Source: Zootoca vivipara (Eukaryota). Taken from it: a stretch of 64,000 bases of DNA. Position numbers and translations under genes: made by a program. This document shows, piece by piece, positions 39,343 through 53,438 of this stretch. How positions within the stretch are numbered: position 1 is the first letter of the stretch; each line of letters begins with the position of its first letter. The stretch lies in the NCBI RefSeq assembly GCF_963506605.1, contig NC_083279.1:51956001-52020000 (forward strand), given 5' to 3'. The notes below the pieces were generated by a model, which saw only the letters and a program-made list of their open reading frames with translations, was not told the origin of the DNA and searched no databases.

Positions 39343-39472
39343 CTGTTTGGATATGTGACATTATTCAGAACTTTTCCATTCTCATTAAGCCAACGATTTG
39401 CTAAGGCTTGTTGGATGTTTGGCCTCTTTGCAGGATCTGGCTCTAGCAGAGATCGTAAGAAGTTCACAGCTG
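39343..39472 (-). CDS. HUNK: HUNK coding exon 6 (end of kinase domain)
   Basis: 130 nt, tttacag|CA GCT GTG AAC...CCA AAC AG|gtaaac. Encodes AAVNFLRSLLEPDPAKRPNIQQALANRWLNENGKVLNNVTYPNR. Confidence 0.95.
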
Positions 39473-42400
39473 CTGTAAAGACATTAAGGCAAAAAAAAAG
39501 TGTCAAATGTTTTGCAAATCATTTTTGTAGATGAGTACTTACAAGAAAGCAACTTTACCAAAAACATATCAGCTATTATCCCAAGCATAACATGAATGGT
39601 ATTCAGTATGAATTAGAAACATATGGCGACGAGACTGTACTGGCCTATTTACTTAGAATGTTTGTAAGTGATGCCAATAAAGGTTTTGATACTGATACAT
39701 GGTTTCCAAATGGAGGGCACACAACCTCTGGAAACTTGCAAATATGGGCTGTATCTTTTACAGAAATGGTATAAATAGCTCTAAGACTACATCATATGAA
39801 GCTACCTAAAACCGAGTTAGACCACTGGACTATATAGCCCAGTACTGTCTACTCTGACTGGCAGCATCGCTCCAGGGTCTCAGGCTTTCCTTATCACCAG
39901 ACCCTTTTAATTGGAGATTGCAGGGTTGATCCTGACATGCACTTTATACATGACAAAAGAAGCATTATGGATACAAATCAGATGCACCGTGAACAAACTG
40001 ATATCAACTAAGGAAGTCCATTATAGTGATCACTTCAGTAGGTAAGACAGATATAACAAAACAATATCTGATATATTCATAATTTATAAAGAACATTTCC
40101 AGTACTACAAATTATAATTTTAGCCAGTGTGATGCTGCAAAGATTTTGTGAAGTAGTTCACTATAATTATAATGTGTACATGAGGAACAAGGCTTTGTTC
40201 TACATTACCCCTTTAAATACTTAAATAAATTAATTAAACACACTTATGGCTGCAACTCTGATGAATCTGGTTTCTAGCTCCTATTGAAATAATGACACTT
40301 ACTACTGTGTGGTTTCATCAGTCTGATTTATGCCAAGAACAGCTCTGTGTTTACGGTATACAAACTGCTCACACCATCAGTACATTGTCAGCTTTAAGCA
40401 TGGTAATTTATTTCAAATGTTTTTAAATTAAATGTGTGTTTATATATGCTTAAACTTAAATTAAGAGTCTGGCACTTTCTTCTGTGATTTAAAGGAGGGT
40501 CACAAAGCCCAATCTTAAAAGGGCCATGTGCCTTTTTAAGTTAGGAGGCTTATTTTTAAAAAAGAAAAGAGAAGAAAGAAAGATAAAAAAAACCAAGTCA
40601 GTATCTGAGCTACAGAAAGGCTCAGTAGTACAAAACCTAAGACTGTGATCTCTAAATCCAGTGGGATAAATCTTGCTCTCTGACTGTATAATTAAATGTG
40701 TGCACCACAAGAAATTAATGAGGCTTTGCACTCAGCATAACAACTAATTTCTGCTTTGCATGTCACTTGTACCAAAACAGCCGTCACATGCAACTGTATT
40801 GAGTGGCCCATCTGGTGCATTCTCTAGTGACTAGAGGAAACATTTGGAGAGGGTGCCAAAATAATCTTGGATGAGTTCCACAACAAGTGCTTGGAAAACG
40901 TGACCACAGCAATACTTCCCCCTTTTGCTACAAAGAACATCAATCCAACTAAAAGTGTATTTCTGCACCTCACGTGTAAAGAGAGCTGTTCACAAGGAAG
41001 ATTCGCAGCAGCCTAAACAGTCTGTGATTTTTCCTTTACTAAACAGAAGGAAAGTTTGCCTTTAAAAGGTTACCATCTTCATTCAGCCACATTGGCATCC
41101 AACCCTCTCAGCACTATGCAAGGGCATTCCCTTAGCCATATTGACACCTGGCAATGATATCAGGCACTTTCCACATGAAGCCAGGAAAAGGAAATACATG
41201 CTCATGTTCCACAACAAATCAGGGTGCCAGGAAGAGAAAAAATAAAAGGCTTGTCCAATAAATCAGGATTGGGTGTTATCTAATCAGAGTAACAAGAGAT
41301 TTTTACAACATATAATCTTAACTAAACATTTTGTAAAAATCTTACTTTTGCTGCCCTGGGCCTGGAATTTAAGGCATTTATTATGTCAGAGATTAATACT
41401 CAGTGACCTGAAAATAATTCATGTTGGTGGGTTTTTTTGGGGGGGGGATGGGGATGAAGAAGTGACTGTGTGTGATTGGGGGGACTGATTCCTTTCCCCC
41501 CGTAAGGCACCAAAGGGGAGAGGTCTGAAACTAGGATCTCCAGCAGTCAATACCAGTACTTCCCGAATCACAAGCACTCTTGATCCTCAAAGGCCAGAAT
41601 GTTTAGAACAAGGAAAAGGGTGTCCTCTAGGCTCCATATCCTGCCTGAAAAGAGCCAGGCAAGCCAACTGGGGGCGAACGGTGCTGCTTGGCTGCCCAGG
41701 GCGGCATGATGCGCACGTGCATCATGACACATGCATCGTGATGTCACGACGCACATGCCAGGATGCACATGCACAGTCCATCCGAGTTGGTGCTGCTGCT
41801 CTGCTCGACCGGCGCACTCTGAAGCAGAGCGCGCTATGAGCGGTTTGCCGCCGCCCGGCAACCTGCTTTGTAGTGCGCTCTGCTTCTTCTTGCGGAGGAG
41901 GCGAGGGACGGGCCAGGGGCGCTGCCCCCGCCAGACTGGAGCTAGGGGCAGCCCGCTACACCCCTCCCTTGCTATGGGCCTGCGTGCAGCCATGTCAGAC
42001 CACCAGTTTGAGTGACTTGTCTTAAGCATGTCTATTCTGCCTACTCTCCTGCTTTGCTTTTTCTTGACTGCCACAGATTGTGACCTTGTGCCTGCTTCTA
42101 CCCTCTCCACCCCTCTATTACTGCCTTGGAACTCACCTTTCTGCCTTGCTCTGGCTCCATACTACTTATTGATCTTTGATCCATTTCCACTTAACTTGCC
42201 AGTGACCACCATGCCAATTGTCCCCATGTCTGTTGGTCCTCATATGCCTAATCTGTGCCTGACCTCCTGTATCTAATGCCTTTCTGCTCCTTTCATATGG
42301 AACCACAGGTGCATCCTGTCCTGGAGCTAGGAAGAAGACTGACAACCCCCTTCCTCCCTGTCATAATAAATCCCAGCTTCCCCTCCCTTTATGATCTTTT

Positions 42401-42807
42401 TGACAGTGAAAGGGCAGGGTCTCCTCACTACTTAAAGGGAAGGGGGGGGACTGAAGGAAACTGGATTCAGAGGATGCATGCCAGGATATTTCTCTGGCAG
42501 ATTGAAGGCAACACACCTGCACAACCTTCGCACTTTACAGGATTTTAGGAGTTGGAAGAGAATGCAAAACACACCCACCCTGCATTAGATGTGAAGTGCA
42601 CATGAATGTGTTTTGGGCACTTGACTTTTTAAAAAAGCATGGGAGGGGGCTTGAGCCACTCATAAGCATTTGAAAGGGGCAACCAGCAAAAAATATGTGT
42701 GCGCATTTCACATGAGATGCAGAGCCTATGTATTCTGTACCAGTATCCTACTCAAGAAGGGAACTTTGTCATATGAATAAGACTTAAGAATGTCCAACAA
42801 ATCCCCA

Positions 42808-42809
<2 letters not shown>

Positions 42810-42839
<30 letters not shown>
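42810..42839. repeat. (GT)n microsatellite
   Basis: About 15 GT units. Confidence 0.95.
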
Positions 42840-42842
<3 letters not shown>

Positions 42843-44510
42843 AGTTTAGTTTCAGATGTCACTTAGCTTCAGACGCTCAAGTTAACTGACCCAGAGCAAG
42901 GCAGGGAAGCGAAAGCTGGAAACACTTGTTCCATGCTAAACATACAACAGATGTTCAGTCTACCTCTTGAAACCACTTTGGCAAAATACGGAGCCACTGT
43001 TCAGAACCAACTGAATGACTGGCATGCATTTATTAAGCTGCAAGTGTTTCAAGATGGAACCAAACAATCCAGATCAGCTTCCTGTTTCAGTGTGCAAAAT
43101 GACCAAAGGTCACTTCCTACGTTATGAGTTTCCACTTAGAGGAGTTTTCACTCCTGTGAGCAAAACTGTCACGCAGAAAAACACACACATTGCTTTAGGC
43201 CCGCTCACAAAGTAAGCCTATGTACGGATACAGATCCTGCCTATAATATGGGAGTGCAACTGCTGCCACAGGCCTCATGTATGGAAAGTGGCCCTGACTT
43301 AGACCAGTTTAGTGTCTAAAAACACTGCAATAAATTACCATTGCTCCACTCTGGCAAGTGACCAAGCAGCTAACAAGAAAATCCAGAAATACAGGCCCCT
43401 CCTTTACAGATGCTTGGCTTGTTATATGCAAGTTTTACCAAAGCATAGCTTCCCAGGTATTTTCTTTGCTTCTTGCTCTGGCAGAAACAGAGAAACTGTA
43501 CTGCTAGGGGTGGGAATGATGCGTCACTGAAAAATCCTGTTCTGACATTGGTCCTTACCACATGCACTTGCAAGCATGAATCACAAATCCAGAGAACAGA
43601 TACACAGCCAACATCTGAGAAACTTCCTGAGCACATGTGCTCATCATAAGAACCACATCAATTTCTCCAAGCTTGTGCAACACAACAGGATAAAAGAACA
43701 ACTTGCTGCTTAGCTGGGATGCAAATCATCAGAAAAATCAAACTATTGTCAAAAAGTGGATTCAAAAACCAGCCAGTGTGCCATAGATCAATCAGCTTTG
43801 GAAATGGAGCCCCTTGTATCTATATCTTGGCAAACTGTACCATATTAAGTATCTCTCATTTTTTGAATAAAATACAGCAATAACAAAATAAATCACGTGA
43901 AAGGACGTTGACATCATGCCAGAAAAAAACAGGAGAGAGGATACCAAGGAAGATCAAAGCATATCATCACATATGTTACAAATTTCTATACCATAAACTC
44001 AGTTAAGATTATATCTATCAATTATTCCAAAACAACAAAACACTTAAGGGCAAGCAGAATACATTAAAGAAACAGAAATTGTAAACACAAAAATGAATCA
44101 TCTGAAAGGAGGCTAAAGAACTATAAATCATTTTCATAAGAAGGCTTGATGAAAAAACAAAGTCTTAATTTGGCACCAGAAGCTCATTATAGATGATGCC
44201 AACTTGATTTGGGTAGGCACAGAGGTCCGTAATTCCAGAGCCAATTTATGGTCTCTGCAGGGGCAACACCAGTACCAAAGGGTCAGTTTCTCTCTTAATT
44301 ATAATTTACTCCAATTTTTTAAAATGATCTTTGTTTCTTTTCTTCTAACTCTTTCTTGTGCGCTTGAACCTGTTCTATCCTCTTTATAAAAGCGTATTTT
44401 TCCTATTTTTTTCTACTGCTATTTTATAACTATTAACTCTTTTCTGATGTTTACCCTTAACCCGAGTGTGTTGCTTTTGTTCCTTTTCTCAGCTTCATTC
44501 CTTCTCTTTC

Positions 44511-44668
44511 TAGAATCACAGAATTGTAGAACTAGAAGGTACCCCAAGAGTCATCTAGTCCAAACCCCTGCAATATAGGAATCATGCACACAGCTGTCCT
44601 TGAGTGGGCTTGAACCACCAACCTTCTGGTTAACAGCCCAACGCACTGGCCCACTGCACCACTGGAGG
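44511..44668 (-). mobile_element. tRNA-derived SINE with CR1-like tail
   Basis: Minus strand: tggtgcagtggg...ggtggttcaagccc head, then attcctatattgcagggg...ttctacaattctgtgattct tail. Confidence 0.75.
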
Positions 44669-45244
44669 CATCCATTCTTAATTCTACTCTCAGTTTGGTG
44701 TTTTCCTCCTGCTTTCCTTTTGTTGCAACGCTTCATTGGGTTCCATTTCCTTATTAGACACAGTGTGAGCTGCCACGTTTTGTTCTTCATACAATCACAT
44801 AATGTGAAGTAACCTTAAAGCTAATCTAATCTAAGCCCCTGGGAAACACAGGAAATTTACTGCTATGGCATCCTAGTTGATAAGAAGCCATCCATTCTCA
44901 GCTTTAAAATCCCTTATGTGAAGATGGTGGTCCCAATATGAGAACAGCTCAGCAAGTGACTTATACCCTTGCATGGCGTTTCTGTCCCATCAGATATTCC
45001 TGTTGGCAGCTTGCATCAGTGTAGAAAAGTACACAGTAGGACCTATCCATAAAATTAGCAGCTCTGCACATTGTGGCTGGTGCATGGAACAGCTGCCAAA
45101 CAGAGGGTATTTTTTAAAAAAGCACCCTGACAGCATTCAGCCAACAAAAGCCAACACACGACTCCAATATACAGCTCCCATTGATCCACCAGTGGGTCAG
45201 AGACAGTGGTGAAGCCTTCACTGGGATAGACATGCTAGTTGTTA

Positions 45245-45592
45245 AAGGTAAAGGGACCCCTGACCATTAGGTCCAGTCGTGACCGACTCTGGGGTTGCGC
45301 GCTCATTTCGCATTATTGGCCGAGGGAGCCGGCGTATAGCTTCCAGGTCATGTGGCCAGCATGACAAAGCCGCTTCTGGCGAACCAGAGCAGTACATGGA
45401 AACACCGTTTACCTTCCCGCTGTAGCGGTTCCTATTTATCTACTTGCATTTTGATGTGCTTTCGAACTGCTAGGTTGGCAGGAGCTGGGACCAAGCAACG
45501 GGAGCTCACCCTGTCACAGGGATTCGAACTGCCGAGCTTCTGATCAGCAAGCCCTAGGCTCAGTGGTTTAACCACAGCGCCACCTGGGTCCC
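45245..45592 (-). mobile_element. Sauria SINE, full length
   Basis: TSD core atgctagttgtta at 45232-45244 and 45597-45609. Confidence 0.94.
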
Positions 45593-47684
45593 TGGGATGC
45601 TAGTTGTTACTCTTTATTAAAAAAAAACTTATTAACTGCCTTACAAACAGTCTCAATGTGGCATGGAATAAAAAAATAGCATGCATCAGTATAAAAATCA
45701 CATAAAATGTAAGGTTTAACACAAAATAAGAGCAGCCTATACCAGTGATCACACCAATAAATAATAACACAGTAATCAACACAGCTACCCCCTCTAACAA
45801 TACGGCATGATCACAGGACCCAGGAAACACAAAAAGCTTGCATATTTGCATATTGACTCTTGCACTTACATGTGTTAAGATGATCAACAAGAAGTGTAGG
45901 AAATTCTCATGTATCTCAAGTTAATGTGGTGGCCTCCAGATATTGTGGACTATGCCCTCTCATCATTCCTGACCACTGGCCATTCCAGCTGGGGCTAAAG
46001 ACAGCTGTAGTTCAAAACATCTGAGAAAACCACTTTGGCTAGCTCTTATCTAATACAATTGTTCACAGGAGGATCTAGCATAATTGCTGTCTGGGTTGCC
46101 TGTGTATACGAAATGAGTTAGCAATGTCACTCAGCAGCCAAAGCCTCATTTTAATTTAGCTTCCATGTTTACCAAGTTTGCTATAAGATGAATAACATAT
46201 CTGTAGTGTTATATATAAACTCAGTGGTAGCTGGTGCTCATTAGGACTTGTAGGGCAGCCAACAGTAGGTGGAGCCAATGAAAGGCGGAGCTGAGTAATT
46301 CTAGTTTTGTCCCACCATTCTCCTCCCTGCTGAATTCTACAAGGGCAACAATGAGACTAGAGGAGAGACCTTACCCCTGGACTGGCTGTTAAGTAAGAAG
46401 ACAGGTAGGTGGAGGTTGCCCGAGGGCAGACTGGAGTTGGCACAGCAGCACCTCATTTGGTCTAATGGACCAGCCTCCACTGTAAACTGCTATAAATGCC
46501 AGAACCTAATTCTTCATGAAGTTGGCTTAATGGACCATGCATTTGCCTACGATCAATATACCATTTTTCATAGTTGATCCCTGGGATACAAGCAACTATG
46601 TTGTAGCGATAAATCTGTGGCGTATCCATTTTCAATAAATGCTGCATCCAATGCGATCTGAACTGGGGAGGAAGGAAGGCTTCAGAATGAAATGGGTACA
46701 CAGTTAAAACTTCAGTGCTCTGTATGAACAATACTTCTGGAGGTAATTCCACTAACCCTCAAGTTTTTTGCAGATGGAACACATCTGAAGCTCAGCAGTC
46801 ATAAAAAGAGAAACCATGAATTAGTCTGAGGTTTCTGCCAAGTTCCACAATTCTGGAATCCAGCCCATTTAAAATCACTAACAGAATAACAGTATTTCCT
46901 GAAAGGCTTTGTGGAAAGTCTTCTTCAAGAAGGAGGGGTGAGTAGCCTACAGAAAATGTTGCTATTTATTTGACATATTATTTGGGGCTAGGGGAGGGGA
47001 GACGTATAATGGTCAGAGACTTCTAGACTTATATATAGCCTGATAAGCTACCATAGACTGGTAAAAGCCCTGGGCTCGATTCCTGACATCTCCAAGAAGG
47101 GCTGAGAAAGAACCCTGTCTGAAACAATGGAGATCTGCGGGGGAGTTTCCTACATGCTCAAGCCTCAGAACCCTATTTGAGCCCGGGAGGGAACATCAAC
47201 CCCTGTGATCAGGTGGCAATCTGAAGCCTCAGATTGGCCAGGTTCAATATAAATACCAGGCAATTGGCCTTCTGCCTTTGGCCCTCCAGGTTCAGAACCA
47301 GTATGCCACATGTCAATGGGGTAACAGGGTGGGTGGCTACTGCCTCCCTATCTTTTGCTTATGGGCTCCATGGAAGCACCCAGTTGGTCAAAGTGGGAAA
47401 CAGAACATTGAACTAGATGGAACATTGAACTAGATGAACTGATCCAGCAGGGATCTTTTTATTTTCTAATGCCTGGTCAACGGACAATGATTGCTTGCTG
47501 CATTTAAGGTCCCAGGTTCCAGCTCAGGTCAATGGTTCTGAACTGGAGATGCACCTTCCACATCTGGATTTCAAGTACAATTGCCAATGACTCCAGCTTG
47601 GTTGTGGCACACAAAAACAGCAAATGGGTGTATGGCATTTCAAGCCTAGACATCACATTAGTGCCCCCCCTCTTTTTTGTCTGG

Positions 47685-48030
47685 CTGCCTATGGGGAGCC
47701 CCAGGCAGACCAACTCTGTGTTACAAATATATCTGCAAACATGACATGAAGGCTGGCAACATCAACCCTGTCACGTGGGGAATCCCTTGCAGACAACCGC
47801 AGTGCCTGGAGACAGTCAGTTTGTGTATCCTCAGCAGTGACCAGAGGAGAAATGATCTTTGGGAGGAGTGCAGAGAGAAGAAACACCATGGTGCATCTGC
47901 AGAAGAACAACCGGACCCCTTCACCTGTATCGGTCTCTACAGCCACAGCAGGCGCTGTAACCTTCCAACAGTTGACTTCATCCCCAAAGGCACACTCCTC
48001 CATTGTCTCCCGAAACAGACAGATATCAAC
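47685..48030 (+). mobile_element. RTE-clade LINE 3' end (non-BovB lineage), degraded
   Basis: GRPTLCYKYICKHDMKAGNINPVTW / SLADNRSAWRQ and ...IGLYSHSRRC are RTE C-terminal motifs, with frameshifts. Confidence 0.7.
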
Positions 48031-49320
48031 ATGGATGGATGGGTATGTGAAAGGGAGTAAGCGTGCAAATGCACACCAATCCTTTGGTGAAGCCTACCAG
48101 CTAATTTAAACTTTGCAATGTGCCATCATCCACTGAGAAACAATCAAATAAATATAAAGCCTTTCACCCTGTTTCTCAAACTTATCTAATGCAGCAATTT
48201 GTGAAGCATTGCAAAGAATTTCTACTGTTAAAAAGCACAAAGAGATAACAAGAAATGTCATATGAAATCAGTGTCTGAAGAATCACCAAATATGCAGTAA
48301 CTGAATGTGACTTTAATCAACGTTTGATGTATAAAGTTATGTAACACGGCATAAAGGCTAGCAACCTTAGGTCTGCTCTATTAAGTAATATTGCCAATAC
48401 TGCTGCAATAGTGAACAGGTAGAAGTAAGAGCATAACAGTGAAGTAAGTTTAATTTCTGCAGTAATACTGAACAGAAACTTGTAGAAAGAGCCTACTGCC
48501 AACATGCCACGCTTATTTTCTCCTTTTTTTAGTGTAAATCTTCTGATACCAGTAACAGTAATAAAATACCCCACCTAACAAAACCAAAGAAAGTAACAAA
48601 AAGCAGCAGTAATTCCCACCCCAAACATGCTGTTGAAGCAAAAGTGAAACTTTCCATTTACTCCATTGGGACATGAAAACTACTCAAACATGCAAATATT
48701 TGAAGAACTGGATTGGTCAAATTACTAAGGTTTCAATAGCTCTGACAGAGAAACAAAGCAAGCAAAGTTATGTTTGCTCTAACCCACTTGCTGCTAAAGT
48801 ACAAAATTGATCATTAAGGAACAGAGCTTCATAACCATTATGACACTAATTTATAGCTTGACACACCAAAGACACTTCAAACAAATCCTATGGGTAATTC
48901 TCACTATCATCTTATACTGAAACCAAGCTTGGAATGTAAAAAAGAGGAACCTTTCTATTTAGGCTTTTATTTATTACTCCTAATGCATTGGAATAATACG
49001 ATTTATTACTTCCATAGTGAATTGGGTTAAGTGAATTTCAAATCATTCTGACTGCAAACTTGCCTAGGAGGGAATATCAGGAAGATCAATAGAATTTACT
49101 CTTGGGAAGAATGTAGCCCTTCCATCTTGATTAAACCAACACAGGGAGAAAGACAGAAAGCACAAATTGTGTGAAATTACAGACCAAATAGGTTCATTCA
49201 GCAATTCCATCAAAAGTTCTGCCCAAACACTCTGCCCACCAGAAACAAAAGTTGTACAGTACAACATTAAGAGCTGTATGGACCTAAATGGAGTATCACG
49301 TAAGTAACGGCATTATTTAC

Positions 49321-49448
49321 CTGTGGAGAGCTGAGTAGGGAAAGGATTCATTTCTTTGTCTACCATTTTCTGGTACAGTGCTCTCAGACTGAATGGCTCC
49401 ACAGTAAACGGCAGTGTCCCAGTCAACATTGCATACATATTCACACCA
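49321..49448 (-). CDS. HUNK: HUNK coding exon 5
   Basis: 128 nt, tacag|T GGT GTG AAT...TCC ACA G|gtaaat. Encodes GVNMYAMLTGTLPFTVEPFSLRALYQKMVDKEMNPFPTQLST. Confidence 0.96.
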
Positions 49449-50932
49449 CTGTAAAAGAAGAATGGTGGGGGAAACTGTTAAAGAGAAACAATTCCCTTAT
49501 AAACAAGACAGGGCATGCAAGAATGAATTAAGTTTACTAGCCTATGGTTTATCACACTTATGAAACATACATGAACATATGTTACTATTGGTCCATCTAA
49601 TCCACCACAGTTTATTCCAAATGACAGCAGGTCTCAAATGTTCTTTAAAGGCAATGGTCTTTTCCAGCTTTGGTATCCAAGATCCTTTTCATAGGAGAAG
49701 CAGGGATTTAACCTGGGACTTTCTGCACCCGAAGCACATGCTCTATCACTGAGCTCTTCCCATAGGAGCCATAACACAATGTTCTCTAGAAGGGCAGCAA
49801 CAGTCAGCTGGATCTTGTGTCTCAGTCATGTTTAGAGTACACTCACTAAAACTAATGGAACTTTAGTGTGGTTTAAGTCTGAATCCAACCCAGTAGCATT
49901 TAGCCTCCCTTCAGAGTATCTGCATAACCAGTTTCTTGAGAGATAAAACCATTCATAGCATGAAGGGTCACATTACCTAAGAATCCATTCTGATTTGAAA
50001 AGTTCAGAGTTTTAAGGGGTGATTCGGTTATATGGAAATAAGATTTGCTTATGTGCAAAAGGACTGTACATGGGATTGATTCACATTATGCTGCTTCCAT
50101 GCACCAAGCAAGTGCAAAACCCCAAGGACTAAGCAAGTGCATTATAAGGTATATCCTATAATACAGCATTCTCTGTAGACGAACAAGCTATGAGTCAACT
50201 GTCTCTCTCCTTAAATTAAATGGCAGAGGATGTTATTGCCTGAGAAGGTTAAAGGACAAGAAAAAAGCACGATGGCATTCTCTGTTTGAATAATGTCACA
50301 GTAAGGGCTTCTTCATTCAGCAGCTCCAGCTTGCTGTGGATGGGTGACCCTATGTAGGAGCAACCAATTAAGAAGCAGTGTGACAGTTTCGATTTGGATT
50401 TTCTCGAAGCACATACACTGTAAATTGGGCTTCAACATATAAAGCTCTCTGAACTAGCTGCTTGCAAACAAAGGACAAAGCAAAACAAAAAATCCCCAAG
50501 AAGGAAACTCATTTCTGCTCTTAACTGCACCGAGATCAATGGAATTAATTCAAATTTCCAGACAGGGAAGTCTGAACATTTCTTGAAACACATTCATCTT
50601 TGTTTGCTTGTAGTACCCTGGAGTATTAAGATTTCCACTGCAGTCACTGAAAAGTTCCTATCAGTTCCTATAAAAGCAAATTATTTGACAAGTTTCTTCA
50701 GCCAAACATATCTCCTTGTTTTCTGACAACATCATTATGGGTAACTTCTGTCCCTGCTCCACAAACAGATGTAGACCACAGTTTGTAAATCCCAATGGCC
50801 AAGGTCAACTAAACACACTAGGCAGCAATTACTTTGGAGAATGAATTGAATCATCTTACGTTTGGAAATTCCTGGCAAATTGAAATCCTGACATTGTAAA
50901 TGCTAACATTTGCAATCATCAGCACTGTAAAC

Positions 50933-51022
50933 CATAGCTGCCAAGTTATCCCTTTTTTACAGGGATTTTCCCTTATGCTGAATAGGCTTCCTCGCGAGAA
51001 AAGCGAAAACTTGGCAGCTATG
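50933..51022. mobile_element. 90-bp hAT MITE (third copy)
   Basis: TIR catagctgccaagtt and a perfect TSD ctgtaaac at 50925-50932 and 51023-51030. Confidence 0.92.
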
Positions 51023-51157
51023 CTGTAAACTATTTTTCCAAAGTTACATATTTTTATTTACTAACAGCTCCAATTAGAACTTATATAAAAAGTCAAGCAA
51101 GAGAAGTCAACCCCCACCCCCCGCATGCATGTAGCTTTTTCAATTATAGTAACTCAC

Positions 51158-51293
51158 ATGGACCAAACATCTATTTTGGGACCATATTTTTTTCTTGCAA
51201 GCAGCTCTGGTGCTGCGTAGGCTGGACTACCGCACTGCGTGCTGAATGGATCAGAGTATCCCAAGATACTTGCACAGTTGCTCAAGCCAAAAT
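51158..51293 (-). CDS. HUNK: HUNK coding exon 4 (DFG, activation loop, APE)
   Basis: 136 nt, cag|AT TTT GGC...TCC AT|gtgag. Encodes [46 protein letters not shown]. Confidence 0.97.
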
Positions 51294-53088
51294 CTGTGAA
51301 AAAGAAAATAAAGCTTTCAACATTGCACAGGAGAAACAACCACCTCGCAATATTTGTCCTTTGCTGCAATCAGCATGATTTCATTTACCCAGTTAAAGGC
51401 TTCCTTTTTAGTTAGGAGCTTTTTATTTGAGTCTAGGGGAAATTTAAATATAAATTTAGTCAGGAAACTTAGGAAAAAATATGACAGTATGAGCTCAAGT
51501 GTCTTAAGTAAATGTACTGTATATAAAATAGCTTTCTCCTTGCCTGGCAGAACTATTTGAGAGTCTGGAATCTTAAGAGTACAACCCTGCTCTCCTAGCA
51601 TCTTTGTAACAATGTGTGTGGTTGCATGCTACAGAACGGAGTATAGCCCTACCTATAACATCATGAGGATTTCACCAGATACATGGGTAAGGACTTGAAA
51701 CCTATTTCTTTGGATCATGGATGAAGTGATAGACATATAGAGGATTTACACGCCAAAACAGTATTTCCATCATTGGAGACCTGGGATTCTTAAGGACATC
51801 AGGAGGGCTAAGGGAACTTGAAACCTGTACTTCAGATGGAGAGCACACTGTGAGGTTACACAATACCATGAAACAATATTTTTTTGTCATTGGGGCTCCC
51901 AAGGTTCTGGGTCAGAGGGAGAGACCCATTCAGGGGCAACACTATGATCGCACAGAGGGGTCACAATGCACCCCCCAAACCATGTTAAAGGCAGAACCCC
52001 AATATAGTATTTTCAGGGGGAATCCTAAAGCAATCCTAAACAGGGGGGGCAGGGCTTATAGTCAAAAGGGGGCACAGCACCTGTCACTTTTCAGTTTGAT
52101 GGATGGTAGTTCTATGTATGCATATGAGTGTATATCTCCCTTAAAGGTTTTATACGCTTTAAACATTCAGAAACAGTCTCACACAGAGCTTTGTGTAGTT
52201 CACAATGTCTTGTTCGCTTTTTACTTTTGGTCCCATTTTAGGCAACAATTTTCATCACCTCAGAGGTGATGAAGCCTCTCTGATGAAATCATCATCATCT
52301 GGCTTCTACTGTGCACCCAGACTCATTGCTGCTAGAAAATGTGTAGGCATAGAATTAAATACATAAACAGATGTTCTGCTAAGGGGAATATTTTCCTATC
52401 AATGCCCACAACTAGCATTAATGGGAGTTATAAACAGATAGTAGAATAAGATGAGTAATCCTATCGTGTCTGCAAAATGTGGAAGAACAGTGCTCTGAAT
52501 GAAGTTGATAGGCAGTTGAAGAATCAATGGGCCATTGACAAATTAGATATAAATATAAAAGGCTTCTCAAACAGTTTCACATTCTAATTCTGCAGATGAG
52601 TAAGCCAATCATATGGAGTGGGTGGGGTTTTGCCTGATGCTGTGAGACTAAGGCTGTGTTCACACAACAGTGTATTTCATTTCCACAATGTTACCTAATT
52701 TTAATTGCTGCATTATATTTGAGCATTCACGTGACGTAAAAGCCATTTCCAGAAATGTAACAGAATATAGCACACGTTTAGTACTCATCTATGTGTAATT
52801 AACTTCCAGGGGAAAAAATCTATTTGCAAATAAAACAGAAAGGCAAAACTTTCTTGGAACTGAAGCTCTCAAATCCACACATTAAAAAACAATGGTACAG
52901 TGATAGAAGTATATTCACACTCCAACGATATTTGCAATGATATGGCATTATGCATGCTCAAATTTTAGATTCCCTGTTCTTAAAAACACCATGCTTCCAG
53001 AAACAGCCCAGGTGCTGTATTTGTTTGTGGCAAAAGGAGTGATTAGGGCCCGAGAATACACATTATTAGGACTACATTTGCATGCAAG

Positions 53089-53438
53089 TCGCAGGTGGCA
53101 CTGTGGGTTAAACCACAGAGCCTAGGGCTTGCCGATCAGAAGGTCGGCGGTTCGAATCCCCGCAACGGGGTGAGCTCCCGTTGCTCGGTCCCAGCTCCTG
53201 CCAACCTAGCAGTTCGAAAGCATGTCAAAGTGCAAGTAGATAAATAGGCACTGCTCCAGCGGGAAGGTAAACGACGTTTCCGTGTGCTGCTCTGGTTCGG
53301 CAGAAGCAGCTTTGTCATGCTGGCCACATGACCTGGAAGCTGTACGCAAGCTCCCTCGGCCAATAACGCGAGATAAGCGCCGCAACCCCAGAGTCGGTCA
53401 CGACTGGACCTAATGGTCAGGGATCCCTTTACCTTTAC
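53089..53438 (+). mobile_element. Sauria SINE (antisense to HUNK)
   Basis: ggtggcactgtggg A box, ggttcgaatcc B box, ...ccctttacctttac tail. Confidence 0.94.

Noticed and set aside
47500-47665. Possible inverted 5' segment of the RTE element (twin priming)
   Set aside because: Similarity to the expected upstream RTE sequence is too weak to support.
53095-53175. tRNA-like A/B boxes
   Set aside because: SINE heads continuing into the SINE body; no complete cloverleaf, so not tRNA genes.
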